Assembly: GCA_002633005.1 (NCBI GenBank)
Contig: NMRA01000543.1
Coordinates: 211,188 to 275,187 of the forward strand
Reading direction: 5' to 3'
DNA: 64,000 nucleotides
Source: Phoronis australis
Lineage: Eukaryota; Animalia; Phoronida
Shown here one piece after another: positions 1 through 15,500 of this stretch; within the stretch, counting starts at the first letter, position 1; each line of letters opens with the position of its first letter. A program made the position numbers and the translations under genes. Under the pieces are notes generated by a model, which worked only from the letters and a program-made list of their open reading frames with translations, did no database searches and was not told the DNA's origin.

Positions 1-561
1 AAGGGACTAATATCATTTGATGTGGCTGCATGTTTACACTTGCTGATAAAAATTGAGCAATAAAATCAAGGAACATTGAGCACTCTTAACCACATATAAA
101 AACTCACACTTTACAAGGTTTGCATGCTAAGACAATTCCTAAGGCACTTCTGAACTTAACAGTCTCCACTGGTTGGCTGACATCCACATCACACCGAAGA
201 GTTCTCAGTACTCTCGAAAATATAAAAAAACAGGCTTAAAGTGAGTGAAAACAAGACGTCTGTTGAAATGTAGTAAGAACAACACAGACTGTTTACCACT
301 CGCACAATTTTTGCCGAAAATGCCCGTTTTTACCAACCGGGTTTTTAGGACTGGCTCGTGTTTTGAGAACGTGTTCAGTGTGACACGACCTTAGCACAAC
401 TCTGTGCGAAAACTTGTACAAAAGACACAGTCTTCTTACAAGTGAGGAAGATATGCATTCTCTTTAAACTCTTACAACAGGTATGCACCATTTACTGTAC
501 AAAACGTTTCTATAAAAATAATGATAAATCTCGCAAAAACAAATAATTTACAAAATCAAAT

Positions 562-3500
562 TTAAACCATAATCCGTGAACCCGGAACGTACTTCGACTC
601 CATCCACAAGTTCGTCTCTCCGCAGTTAGTCGGTTTTCGTTTACACTGCGCACATCTTTTGTATTTATCGCATTGTTCATGTACAAGTATTCCGCCTTCC
701 ATTGAGCGCAATTTTTCCTCCAACTCTCTCTGCTTTTTCTCTTCTGCCGCTTTCATCCAATTGTCTTCCAACCTCTTGCGTTGTGCATACATACGCTCGT
801 ACCGTTTGGCTCGGTCCTCTAGAAGCCTACAAAGAAGAAAATTATTTTTACAATCAATGCTCGATGAACATGTCCTATCAACAATTTTTATGGAAAAAGT
901 AATTCATTTAAAAAATTCTTGTCATAGCACGGGCATTTTCATATTCTTTTTAACAGCACACATAATGTTTCCCATCACAGAAGTTTGCTTTTATTGGAAA
1001 CTGAATTCCGGACAACACTATCCATCATAATTATCTTAAGTCAGCAAAAATTATCAACTCCATCTATTGACCATTCCAAAAATCAAATGCAGATTATTAA
1101 ATCCAGAAGTTTGAGATGGCATACACCATGGGTTGGTAAATTCGCAAAACTCGAAACTGGTTTCCAAAGTCCTTCAAATCGGTTTATTTTCTACTTACTC
1201 GGCTTTGGCTCGGTTGATTGTTGTTTCTTCGTCCTGTTGTTCATTCATCTGTTTTATAATAGCATTTCTCTTGCGTTGCGCCACAATCTCTTGTTGATCA
1301 GAGAACAGTTGGCGGGCACGCAGCTTCTTCTCCAGGAGTTTATCATTGGTCATGTCATCTTTGCCGAAAATTGGTTCGGATGAATCTGGTTCTCTGGCCG
1401 GAATTGGAATAGGTTTGAAACGGAGCTGCAATAAAAACAATTGGATTGTAAGATATTGTAAAAGGATTTATGATAAGAAACTCCATTGAAATGGCACAAA
1501 CAGTTGGTAAAAACCAGCTCCTTCATAGTGCTGTCACTTTGATTAGAAGTTTTCCGTATTTTCTAGTAATTTCATCTTTTAGGTATAGCTTTTATAAGTT
1601 GAGGGTATGTATAACTGCTTCTAATGTATTTGTGGATATTGTCTTGATTTTATTTCAAATTGACCAATAAGAGCTATGCATAAGCCTGTTGCTGATACAA
1701 CTGAATGTTGGCACACTTTTACATCAACTACAGCTGTCTGACTGTCTCTCATTGAAATCTTGTATTGACGCACACGATGCGATTACTCATGAATGCCAAT
1801 AAGACAGAGTAGACAGAGATGGAAAAAAGTGAAAAGCAATGGTACTAGCACTTACTGATCTTGCTTCGTCCAAAGGTGGCAAACCGTTAATAGTGTAGTG
1901 ATGCTTAAGTCGTATCTGATTTCAATAAGAAAGAATATTGAAAGATGAGAACTTGGTTGAAGAAGAAACAAAGAAAGAGAGAAGTAGAGGGTGGCAATCG
2001 GTAGATGCACGATTTAAGAATGAGAGAACTAATTATCGTTTGTCCACACTATATAACTTACCTGTGCCGCTAATGACTTTTTGTATTGTTCTGTTGCGTT
2101 TCTCTTTTGTGCTATGTATTGTTCACGCTGTGCAGCCAAACTACAAAACAAAATACACATTAAATAGTAAATTTTGGCTATTCCCTTTCATTATGAAAAT
2201 TTGAACTTCCGTGATAGTTGAATAAAAAAACGGTTCGAGGCTTGCAAAGCACTAATTAATATACTGTTGTTGATGAAATCTGAATTGACAATGCTTCATA
2301 CACAGACAGCAATGTGTCTGTCAGCCAGTTTTATTTGGCTGGTTTTATGGTCAATTAACACCAGATGGAGTTTCTAGCTGCTGCGTCAAGCAGATCCAAA
2401 ACATTAATCATATTATTACTCACTCTTCTGCTAACTGAACTTGTTCCAGGCGTTCTATGAACTGCTCATCGGCCTTGCGCTTCATTTCTTTGTCAGTCTT
2501 GTGGTTGACTTGTTTCCCCAGCCCATCAGCTAGCTGTTGGTATTTGATGAATCTAGGTGGTGTCAAAGGCCTAGTTTGGAAAATGTACGCTTTCTGAAAA
2601 CAAAAACGATCTTGCTTAAAAAGAATGTCACACAATACATACATATACACAGTTTGTTACAAGTCGACTAATGAACGATAATCCATGACTTTATAATTAT
2701 GGGTATGTTAAAAGTTATTACAAACAATTTGAAGTCTGGTCTGCACGCCACCTATTGGCCACATCATGTGACCAAAAAGTTAGCTTACAATACAACTGCA
2801 TGGACAATTTACTTACATGGAACTCCTTTGGCTTCATACTCTGTTTCTGTTTAATTGCTTCTGATACACCTAAGTTGAAGGCTGCTGTCTTCTGATTCTC
2901 ATGCCGCTGAGCCATAGTACTTTCCTGAAAAATCAAATAATCACAATTAAAAGTAATTCAAGTTGAAGAATAATCAGGATAATATGGTATGAATAATAAT
3001 AATCATAACAATAATAAAAATGCTATTCTCAAAAAATAATCTTGAAAATAATCATAATAATAACAAGACCTCACCTGCTCTTTCAAAATAGCTTCACAGT
3101 CCTTCAAATGTTGATATTGTTGGAGAAGGCGATCTTCCTCTGCGTCCCTCTGTTTCCTTTCTGCCGTAAATGAAACTGGGATATTCAATCGCTCCCTCTG
3201 GTGACAGAGGTAGCACAATTCTTGACCTGCATCGGAATGACCGCAGACTGACTCAGCTCGTTGTGAAGAGAGCTTGGTGAATTCTGGTTTACTCCTTGGT
3301 CGGAGAACGTCTGACTCGAAAGGAGGGGCGGGACTCCCCATCTTTTGCGCTGTAGCAGCGTGGAATGGTGACTGAGGCTTGGAACCGGATTTAGGACTAC
3401 AACAGGAAAAACGGAGTTGTTGTTATTGGTTACGACCAAAAATTGAATTATATAGACAGTTAAGACAAGAACCAGGTCAAACAAGAAAACAAATAGGTTA

Positions 3501-6500
3501 TTTTAGTTACTGAAGATACAACAATAAGGAGCAGGAAGAGAAAAGAAAAAGTACCTGTCAATAGAGCACACAGAGGAAGAACAAGGAGTCACCCAGTTGT
3601 CAGTTTTGCACTCTTCCATTTTTCTAGTGAAAAGCGTCAGAAAAACACACAAGTTAATACAATTCAGGCACACAGCAAATGAGACGGACACACCAGACAG
3701 ACCCTTAGCAATGAAACAGTTAAAAAATTAAAGTCAAAATTAAACAAATAAAAAGGTGCCTTGACAGATATTGGCAATTTAAAAGACGGTTTCATGAAGA
3801 TATGAAACATTCAGGAAGGAAATTCAATAGAAAGAAATTGATCTTTGACGAATTATCATTGCACAGGTGCATAAATATTGATTACATAAGAAACAATAAC
3901 ACTTCCAAAAGTAGGGGAGAAGGGGTTACATAACTTTTTTAACCAATTAAGTCAGACACCATGACAGGATGTGTTTCACACCACACTAATGTAACAGAAA
4001 CGGCAAAACTTGACAAATTCATGAATTTGGTTAAAGGCTTCGTTTTACTGCTCTTAAAATGACATAAGTGAGCATAGACACCACCAAAGAGCAATGAATA
4101 TAAAAACAGCAAATGAAATTCAACTTCTCACCGAATGAAAATCTAATAATTATGAAGGTTTGAATCTTATCAACAAAAGCATTATATTGACGGAAATAGA
4201 GACAACTTGCTGGTTTCTATTTACCTGATATCGGGTATTGCGTCCAGAGGCCCAGGGCTGTATCTGGGGCGTTGACCAAGAGGGGCACTTTTGGGTGTGG
4301 TATCGACAAGGAATTCATCCCCATACTGGATGGCGGAAGCTCTAGCCAAAGGTGCAGCCATGCGCGACCCTCCCCTTGATGGAGGAGGGAGGGGAGACAA
4401 CTTCTTAGTGTCCACTGAAAATAGGAAAAATAACCATGTAAATTTTAAGTCATGAAATAGGGTATCATTCAAGTTTCCTGACCAAACCACAGGTCAACAA
4501 TTAACAATGACATTAATAACACAGCATCTTATAATCATGCACACTAAAAAATCTGCCTACATTTATTCCTGAATGATAATTATTACAACAGCCTATTAAC
4601 AGTCTGTCGTAATAATTACTACTGCAGTAAGTTAAGTATAACAAGCTTTCAAGTTGTGAGTGTTTATTAACGAACAAGTCCAATCGACAGAATCCGGAAG
4701 CTGAAAGAGCTTTCTGGAGACAAAAACCAAACGAATACAATGGCGCTATTTTAACTGAAAACAATTCCCATTTTATTACTAAGTGATTATCATCAATTGA
4801 TGATTTGTAACCAAAATATTTTATTTCTTATGTTACTTAGACTTGAATCAATCTCATTTCAATGCAGTTTTGATTTCATGTCCATTTCCATTTTCACAAT
4901 ATCACAAGAATACTGACCACACTCATTTAAACATTTAAAATAAATTTGTACAGTTTCTGGCGTGAATTACAAGAAAACTAACAGTACATCCCAATGAATG
5001 GATTCCGCCAAGAGCTCAACAGAGAAGCTTGAACTAATTGTACACAAAAACTGCTCATAAAAACATCCGTGACAAACCTGCTAAGGGAACAGTGTCCATC
5101 CATCTAACTGTCCTTCCAAAATTATCTGTTGTAGCACCAACATTTTTAAGAGAAGCCCTAACCATTGTTAAAAGTTGTATAAGTAATCCAAAAACACTTT
5201 GGCAACAAACGTATCCACTCGTTTCACCTACGACAATGTCTATCTAATGTAACTGTCGGTGCCTGCTGTAAAAATTACGCGCCCGTGAACTATAGCGAAA
5301 TATCTGTAACTAACGACCACTAAGCATTTGGAGACCTTTATATAGTCGGGCAGTCTAGCAACAAAGTTACCACAATACATTACAATAGGCAGAGGGTATG
5401 AATTAATAATGAGACAGGTAATGCGCATGGGCGACCTTTTGTTTTATTGTCCCATCGTAAATATGTATGAGAGCAATTCGCCCACCGTGACTATCACAAA
5501 ACATGATAAGACCACGCACCCAAATACTTCAAGTTATGCCACATTTATTAGTATCCAGATGTAAAGTTCAAACTGAAGAACCCTTTGTTGAGCATTATCG
5601 TACTTATCATGACCCCAACGTCTTTGCTGTACGCCTTCAGATCAAACATCAATAACTAAGGTATGTTGTGTTAGTGATTGGTCCCATTGTACATATGTTT
5701 ACATGTGTTTGTTATTGATTCCCCGCCTGTTCACTATTTACTGTCTGTGACATAGTAAAAACAGAAGCAAATGTGTGTATACTGTCAGGTATGCTGTACA
5801 CAAATAATTAATTTAATTAAATGATCTAATTTAATTGGACAGACAAAAAGATCTTAATTTTATTTAATAAAATTATAAAAATTACGTCAGCAAATAAAAA
5901 TTTTTACAATTAAGACATGCTCTACAATGTTTTATGACCTTTATCCATTATTCAATACACTTTAAAATTTTTCAAGAACTTTTGAAACAGTACAATCTAG
6001 CTTTTTATTGCTAAATTTAGCATTAAAAACAGAAAAGGAAATTTGAAATTTTCTCTTTCCCCATAGAACAATCTGTCTTGAGCAGTACATAGAGAAAATT
6101 CTGAACAAATAACAGAACACCACATGTTGGTGATTTTACCCTTAACTTCTTCCATTACCCACAATTATATAATTGTATTTCCCAAGAAAAATGAAAGCAT
6201 TGTTCAGCTAAAACTCTGCCCTCACTCTGTCCCAAAATAAATTCAGTGGTTCTAGACGCATGACCTTTCCTACCATTGTACGTCAACTTGCCAAAAGCAT
6301 TAGTCACGCTTTCTCAGGCTCAGGATTTAGCAGATTAATGGTCCAAATCTGAATGTAGTATCCCTTTAAGTAATGAAATCAAGGCACTTTACTAAAACAC
6401 TCCCATGCTTTTGATTAACCCAACTCTACATTAATGACTAACTAATTTATAAGATGATATATAATTAAAGTCTGACCAGAGTTAGACACCCTCAGTAAAC

Positions 6501-9500
6501 TCATCTGAACTCTCTAGTTCATTCATAACTTATTGAGCAGTCGGTCACATAAAATGTCACAACTGCAGACAGCATGCAATGAAAATTTCTCAAGGGAAAT
6601 ATCGCACATTACTGGCACATTGAAATTCATGAATGAATCACACCTGCACTTGAAGAAACAGGAATTTAATTACCATTCTTATGGAATTCAGATGCACCAT
6701 TTGAGTTGAAAAAACTTTTAAAGCCTACACTAGGGAATAGGTTCTAATAAAGTTCAAACAGAAGTAATATGAGCACAATAAAAAAGATTGCATAATTTTA
6801 TGCTAAAATTTGAAAGCTTAATTGTACTGTTGAGACTATTTAAGATGCTTAGACAAGAAAAAAAATCGCAAGCAAAAAGTATTGTCATTGAAGTTAAAAA
6901 GTTTAATTATTTATTAATAATTAACTTCAAGATAAAATGCACTATTTTCAAACTTGTCAATAACAAGTACCTCATTTTCACTGTATTTGAAGTAGAAAAA
7001 TTATAGATATATTGGACATTGTTGAATTAACCGTCGTCCTCTTTAAAACATTAAATCACGTTTAAATTGTTATAGACACAGTGTGTAATGTTAAGTTTTA
7101 GCAGCTTAAAATTGTATATCTACAAGTTCCAGTATTTCACTGCATGTCAACACATAAAATATTGCTATAGTAACAAAACAAATTTAAAGTGCCTTGTGTC
7201 TCAATCTACACCTTGAAATCAGAATGTGCCATATTTCCATGCATTATTTTTTCAAGTCAGACAACTATGAAGTGGAAAAAGGTATGTTAAGTTGAACTTG
7301 AATACACAAAGTGCCGTCATAACTTCTGTTTACGTTGTCGTCGTTGCCTCGTTCTGAAGGTCAGTAACATATGTTATGTGCTTTCGATGATAAAAAACAA
7401 ATGAAGTTGTGAAATTTTGTTTTATTTTGATATTATTGAGACCCAACACTATAACCATATGCTAATTGCAAGCATAAATTAAAACTGGACTAAGTCATGC
7501 AACTCTAAAGGAAGTGCGAGTGTTACAACTATAACTCAGGTCACTGAAAAACTGTTGGCTGATGATTGAAGGTTGATTTTCCCTCCTTTAAGTGTGGAAA
7601 TAACAGGCAAGGTTTTGTATATTTGGCACTTTTAGTTTTGATTCCATCATTAAACCTAGCTTAGAATTAAAAAATTCTATATTGATAGCGTATCTGACCA
7701 CCTTATAAATGTATAATTGCACATCATTTTTATGCAACCTAGTAAATGTACCACCTGGACAAGGCTACGGGAAGTGTTACTACCCTCTAAGACTAAAGAA
7801 TCATCACTAATATTAATTAAAACATCACTTCCAAGTTTGGTTAAGTGATCAGTTTTCATTATACGTTTAGAGCAATATTGGTGTTGAACTTGCAGTATCG
7901 CTGTACTGAGATTTCATATACTAGTACACAACTCTGCAGCAGGTGCACATACTATTCAATAATGCATAAGACTATGAATATCATCTTAGCATTTAGATAA
8001 GCCTGTTAGCGTTGAGTAGTTTCTCAACCACAGATTTCAATCCTTAATTTCACTAACTACAAGAGGATAAAAATCAAATGGATTCAATTTAACTTACTTG
8101 GGACATCAGTATCTAATGGTTTGTCCAAAAATATGTTGCCAGGGAGTCCCATATCCTCAAGCTCCTCAGCCTCGTTGAAGGCACTAGCAGTTCTAGGTGA
8201 ACTCTTATCGAGTGCATCGTTCAGCAGTGCATCCTTGGTGATGTCGAAAGCTGGTTGATCTTCTTGAATGGTTGGCATAGCAAGCCGCGGGGACTTCGCA
8301 TCAACATCCAGTGACAACCTAAACAAATATAATTGCATAATAAACAAAGAGAAAGAAAGAGCACACTAAAACAATTCATGACATGATCAACGGCCCTTCA
8401 GTCATTTTTCAAGTACATGGTAGGATGGCTGTTATCTGGTATACACGCAATGATATCACAGATAACATAAAGTGCACATGTAACATAATTTGCTTAATAA
8501 TTTGTGTGATTGGATGGTGCGTGCCTGAAGAATCTTTTGAGCAGTGTTGCAGATGAAATCCCCACATTTTAGCATTTAGAGTCACATTTCTTTCTCACTC
8601 GACCATTACCTTAAGCTGCAATTCGTAAACTTAGGCTACTCTACAAGGCAAAATATTCTACAAGTCGCCTGTAATGAGTGTGTCTAAGTGTCATATAAAT
8701 TTTGACGAGGTTTGAGTGGCTTTATAATTATAAATCAATCACTGATAATGTTAATTTGATCTTGTTGTGGGCAGCAACTGCAACACTAATGAGCAGTAAG
8801 AAACCTTTTCTACCAGTTTGTAAGAATTAATCAAAAATTTTGGTTACACTCGAAATTTGCTTTAAAGTGAAAATCATAATTCCAACTGTTTTCCTATTAC
8901 AACTAAAAAGTAAAAACACCAACTGGGGCTTAAAGAACAATGAATACGACATTTAAAACACAAATGGATCCTTATAAAGATAAACCTAAATGTGATGCAA
9001 TATGGATTATCAAATAATTAACTCTGGTAATCAATCAAGACAAACTTGATATTAAAAAATAATAACTTACCTGGGAAGCTGTATAGTGTTTCTGGATATG
9101 GCTCTTGAAGGACCTCGGTCTGACATAACACTATCAACAGTTCCAGGTCTCTATGGAAACAGAGCATGTAAGTTATTAGTTTTCCAAGCAAACACAAAGC
9201 ATCATGATGTTATAAAGACACAATATTTGTACATAAAAAATTTAGAAGTTCGATTATTCTTCATTAAATGACTACAAACGATAACATGAAAGTAACAACT
9301 CTTATTGCTAAAAATCAAGAGAATAACAGAATAAAACAAAGTGAGAATATTTTTAGCACAGAAAAGAGACTAGAATAAAAGAACAGACACTGAGAAGAGA
9401 CATAGAAATTTATTAAGCCAACAGTTCTTACAATTTTTCTTCATTATAGAAATACTTTAGCAAAGAGACACACAAAGTACATCTACAATTTATTAGCCAT

Positions 9501-12500
9501 ACAACGAGCTGAGTAGTTCTTGAAACGCAAGTTTAAAAATGCCAATTCACTAACATTTTGTAGGGCATCCACAAGTTTCCCAGACTGGTCGACGCTGTTG
9601 ATGAACTCCTTGAAAAACCTCATTTTCACTCGCCCGTTACGAATGAGTAGTTTGCCAATGCCATTAAAGGTGAATTCAACATTCTTCTTGGCAGCCACAG
9701 TTCGAGCCAGAGCATTAAGAACCTCTTTGACGCACATTTCAATAAGATCCCGATCAAATGGGCTCTCGAGCGTCAAAGCAGAAAAGTTCAGCGTAGTCAC
9801 CGGAATTTGACCTGAAATACAAAATGTGCAGCGGTTAGTGCATTTGCGTCAATATTTTTTACACAGAGAAAACATCTTGAATTTTCACTAAGTGTGTCTG
9901 CTATGATTGAGCAAGTCAATAAGAAGTGTACCTCGCAGGCAAATTCTGTATCTCTGATTATTTGGCCAAATTAGTTACCAGGTTTGCCGTAGATAAGCCC
10001 ACCCCATGAAACTTCCATGGGCGTTTATTTGTTGTATACAACTTCTAGTCTCAAATGTCCAGATAGTGGGGTACTTATTAGAAAGATTTCCTCATAAAAG
10101 CCCTGTTTCAACTTTTTTTAACAAATTCCGTTTTGTGTAGCATTTATCATTTATAAAAACAAACAAGGTGTTGGCAAACTGTGAGTTTATTAACGTAAAA
10201 TTTAAGAACACAGTTTAAAGGAAAAAAATCAGTCAGCAAAACTATGACTTTCTGTTTACATGACCCCCTTCTCCGAATAAACTCCTGGGAACAAGTTGAT
10301 ATCAGTATCATAACTGTAATTTGTTAGTTGGCACTGCCTCCATAGTGGTTCCTGCTTATTAAACAGAAGTGTTATAATCTTCAGAACAAAACACACAATA
10401 AGGCGTGGTCTTAACCAACAACAAATATAATTTCAACTAAAGGTGGGGTCATGGCAGTTTTAAAACTGACAATTTTAGTATTTAAGAGGGTGAACAAAAT
10501 ATGTTTTTGAATTATATTTATCTTATATTGTTTACAAAAAAGCACAAAATTGAGGACTGTTCCGCTGGTTTCTTATTTGGTTTGTGTTGTGTTCCATATA
10601 TTTGTATTTGAAATTTGTGGATTCAGTGCCACGATCATAGCCCCATGAAGCCCTTATTAGGTCAAACCAAAATCACATACTTTAAGCTGGAATAAATCAA
10701 TTCACCACTGAAGAATTGTTCTGTTGAAGCAATCAATGAACTCCATTAGGTCAACGGTTATATCACGTGTACTTAGCTTAGAGCCAAAAAAGCAATGGAG
10801 GGTATCCACCCAAAACACACTTTTGAAAGATTATTGCTGCTTGGGACATTAAGCCTTCCATGACCAATCCTAAACTGACTGTGGGATTAGAAAAATTATT
10901 TTTCTAAACCAATGCGGGTTCTTTGAACGTTTGTTTATTAGCATTTTATCAGTTTTTACAATGTTTTAATGTGTTATTAAAATGACAAGTCTGTATAATT
11001 TATCTATAGTCTGATAGCCAGAAGAAGATTTATTTTTTTTGCTATTTATTACTTTGATGATGTTGGATTGTAAAATCAATCAATTCAGCACTGAAAACAT
11101 GTTTTTGTGCATGGCTAAAAAGGAATTGACAGTTAAGCAATTTATAGTTTACATTACGTCTGGGTATTTACTTTATCACACTCAATACACTGCTGTGTAC
11201 ATAACTACACAAACAGTGCTTCAAAATCTGAACACATACACTACAAACTAGAAGCACAAATACCTTGAGGTCCACTAGGCCAATTCAAATTTATGTCATT
11301 AAAAAAACTCCCCCCCCCCCTCACAATACCCGATCTTCTTTGAGATGGGCAGCTATATATCTATGTGAGTGAAATTTTGTTTCATTGTATGTGACGCAAA
11401 TACATTGTTCTANAAAAACAAACAAGGTGTTGGCAAACTGTGAGTTTATTAACGTAAAATTTAAGAACACAGTTTGAAGGAAAAAAATCAGTCAGCAAAC
11501 CTATGACTTTCTGTTTACATGACCCCCTTCTCCAAATAAACTCCTGGGAACAAGTTGATATCAGTATCATAACTGTAATTTGTTAGTTGGCACTGCCTCC
11601 ATAGTGGTTCCTGCTTATTAAACGGAAGTGTTATAATCTTCAGAACAAAACACACAATAAGGCGTGGTCTTAATCAACAACAAATATAATTTCAACTAAA
11701 GGTGGGGTCATGGCAGTTTTAAAACTGACAATTTTAGTATTTAAGAGGGTGAACAAAATATGTTTTTGAATTATATTTATCTTATATTGTTTGCAAAAAA
11801 AGCACAAAATTGAGGACTGTTCTGCTGGTTTCTTATTTGGTTTGTGTTGTGTTCCATATGTTTGTATTTGAAATTTGTGGATTCAGTGCCACGATCATAG
11901 CCACATGAAGCCCTTATTAGGTCAAACCAAAATCACTTACTTTAAGCTGGAATAAATCAATTCAGCACTGAAGAATTGTTCTGTTGAAGCAATCAATGAA
12001 CTCCATTAGGTCAACGGTTATATCACGTGTACTTACTCTTACAGCAAAAAAGCAATGGAGGGTATCCACCCAAAACAACACTTATGAAAGATTATTACTG
12101 CTTGGGACATTAAGCCTTCCATGACCAATCCTAACCTGACTGTGGGATTCAGAAAGTTGATTTTTCTAAAACCAATGCGGGTTCTTTGAACGTTTGTTTA
12201 TTAGCGTTTTATCAGTTTTTACAATGTTTTAATGTGTTATTAAAATGACAAGTCTGTATAATTTATCTATAGTCTGATAGCCAGAAGAAGATTTATTTTT
12301 TAGCTATTTATTACTTTGATGACGTTGGATTGTAAAATCAATCAATTCAGCACTGAAAACATGTTTTTGTGCATGGCTAAAAAGGAATTGACAGTTAAGC
12401 AATTTATAGTTTACATTACGTCTGGGTATTTACTTTATCACACTCAATACACTACTGTGTACATAACTACACAAACAGTGCTTCAAAATCTGAATACATA

Positions 12501-15500
12501 CACTACAAACTAGAAGCACAAATACCTTGAGGTCCACTAGGCCAATTCAAAATTATGTCATTAAAAAAACTCCCCCCCTCACAATACCCGAACTTCTTTG
12601 AGATGGGCAGCTATATATCTATGTGAGTGAAATTTTGTTTCATTGTATGTGACGCAAATACATTGTTCTACCATGTCAACAGTGAAGAGCAGAAGAATTT
12701 TGTTTTCCAAACAACCTAACCAACTCAGAGGAATAAGATAAGAGATAAAATATAGCTCTTACCTCCAGTGTATTGCTTCGTAGATGTGATGCCAAGAGTC
12801 TGAGCAAACTTCTCTGACAGTTGGAAAATTGGACGCTGCATGACAAGAAATTTTCCATTTCCCACGTCCAACTTTTTCTGAGAAAATGTAAATGTTCCAA
12901 GACCTGGCACTGTTACACCCTGAAAATTGAGATGACACATTAATTTGCAATTTTTTTGTACACGTCTGTAAGCATCTTGTCAATATGAGCAATGAGCTAT
13001 CCTATGAGGAACCCCTGGGATGGAAGCAGATTGAATACGCTCCAATAGGGTGGATCTAGAAATTCCGGCAACACTATTAATTCATATACAAAGAGGACCA
13101 AAATACAAGCACAAATTTCTACTCTGAAGATCTGTGTCCACTTGCTTTTGCAACTGGCAACCCCAAATAATAATGAACAGTTTACTTACTTTCTGGTTTT
13201 GCATCTGTTTCTCAACATAGGCTGATACGCCGTCCCAAATGTTAGCAACATCTGAAATGACAGAGGACAATTGATTATCTTGAGAGCTTCAATCAAGTAT
13301 TCTCAACGACTTACCTGAAATGATGACATAGAGACACTCTTGTCCATATAATCACCACTGACGCTGTCTGAGAGTTAGCTCTTTTTAGACGCGGATATGG
13401 AAACAATAAAGCATAATGGAATTTGATATATAACATGGATTTTTTATACTTTAGAAAAACATTATTTTGTTATGGCCAAGCAAGCATAGTTACAGAATGA
13501 CATGATGGTGAAGTTCTCGCCATCTGAGCACCATCAGCGTGATGCTACACAGGCATTTTAATAACGCCAATTATAATGCAAAGTAAGACAAGACAAAATC
13601 ACCTAACCAGGTAAATTAATTCTCTGAGACAAGTTTAAATTCATATAACTTTTGAAAGAAAGCTTCCAAGCACAGATAAAAAGCAGCATTCATGGTCATG
13701 GCTATGATAAAAGTGCTGCAGTAGAGAGGATTGCCTAACTATCTCAAGTTATGGTGTTAGTCAATACAGAGGGATACTACCCTGCGGATATTTGGCTTGG
13801 GTCATTTCTATAACAGCATCGGGAAAAATTATGTGAAAAATCAGTATTGCAGTTCTAAAACATTGAAGACGACAACAAAACTGTACAAGTAATCTCAGAA
13901 AATCCTATCCCAGCCTAATTATTTGAAAAAATATTCAGCTGTGATGAAAATACGCTCTTTGACTGACCACTGTAGCAACAGCTCACCCAAGACTAGAACT
14001 CAAATCCAGTCTTGACCAGGCTTTAGATTTTTCAATATTGGCGCTTACCAACAGTTTCACTTTTTGCTCCCCCTCCCCTTACTGTCTGCGACAACAAACA
14101 GCCTCAAGAAACAACAGGAGAGGTGACTGACCTGAAGCCACATTCCATGACATGAAGCCATATTTCAGTGACTTATAGGGTCAGTAGGAGTAAATTCCAA
14201 CCTTGTTTTGCAAGATTGGGAGGAGAAAGTATAAATTTTTGGTTGTCACATGAAGTTAAGACGTTAAAAGCCTCTTTGAACTACTTGCCAGTGGACATTA
14301 CGGTCTTTGGTCAGCCAGTCCAAATGCAAGAACCACAAGCCAAAGACCAGACTTGGATCAGGGTGTGTTTTTCCAACACAGCTAGTCTACTTAAAATAGA
14401 GACATAGTGCATTTCTTAAATAGACAAATGTTGTAAACTTCCTTGAGTCCAATTGTGATAATGATTGTTTTTTTTTAAATACAGTGAAGGTATATTACTG
14501 TATTGACTCGGCCACACTGCTACAGTAGTATGGCAGAGGAGAACACATATTATCAATCATAAAAGTGAAATTGGAATCGCTAGAAACATGGCTTATTGTA
14601 CTTTATCAACATTTATGTACAAGAACAGCATCAATCCATGCCATTATTATGAATGCTGATCTAAACTCCTTTTGTGAGAAGCAGAGCAATTACCACATCA
14701 GCAAGGACTTCAATAGTTTTTTGAAGCATGGCAGATAATTGTCCTGTGTAGCGGCGTGTGTGATACTACACAAAAGACTGCATGGAATGCTTAACAATTC
14801 AGTGTTCTCCACAATACCAATTCCAAACTCGACGCAAATTTCTACAGTTCAATATCAGTAGTCAGCACTGTCTTTTCTCTATAGCATTAACATCAGAGAT
14901 CAGGTTTAAGGCTGTATTTGAAAACCATTTTCTATCTGGTCTTGAGACTACATGTACCCTGAAAAGTCCTTGGCAACTGAAAGTGAAACTAACCCACCAT
15001 GAGTTCAAAAGTCTGGTCTAAACCAATAACAACAGTATTGGTTCTTCACAGACCTACATATCATTTCCAATCTCAGTAAAGAACAAAATAATACCGATTG
15101 TATAACAGCTATAATGATCTAAGTCTAAATTAAATTTGTTTTTTACAGAAGCTGGGTGCAGGGGCACTACACGTATATAATGGGCCCTGATTTAGTGAAC
15201 CAGGCAATCAAGGAATAACGTTCATTATTTAGTGGACGAAACTGGTTCTCTGAATGAGGGTCCATTATTAGGCATTATATCAGATTAGTGCCGGTCCAGG
15301 TTTGTTGCTCCTTTAATGAAGCTGTTATATTGCTAAATAAAGTTCATACAAACTGCTGAACAGCTCAGTTGTAGCTAGTAAGGCTTGGAAGAGAAGTCGG
15401 GCTGTGGACTACAAACGTTTTCTGTGGCTGAGACATACAAAGGTTAAAGCAAAGTTTCAGTGTCAGAGAAGCCAGAAGGTGTCCGAGATTTTGACCAACT

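Noticed and set aside
659-1383. Plus-strand ORFs of 123 and 132 aa
   Set aside because: Antisense to CCDC81 coding exons and run through its introns.
11039-12513. Duplicate short ORFs (LDCKINQFSTENMF...)
   Set aside because: Intronic AT-rich sequence within the N-joined duplication.
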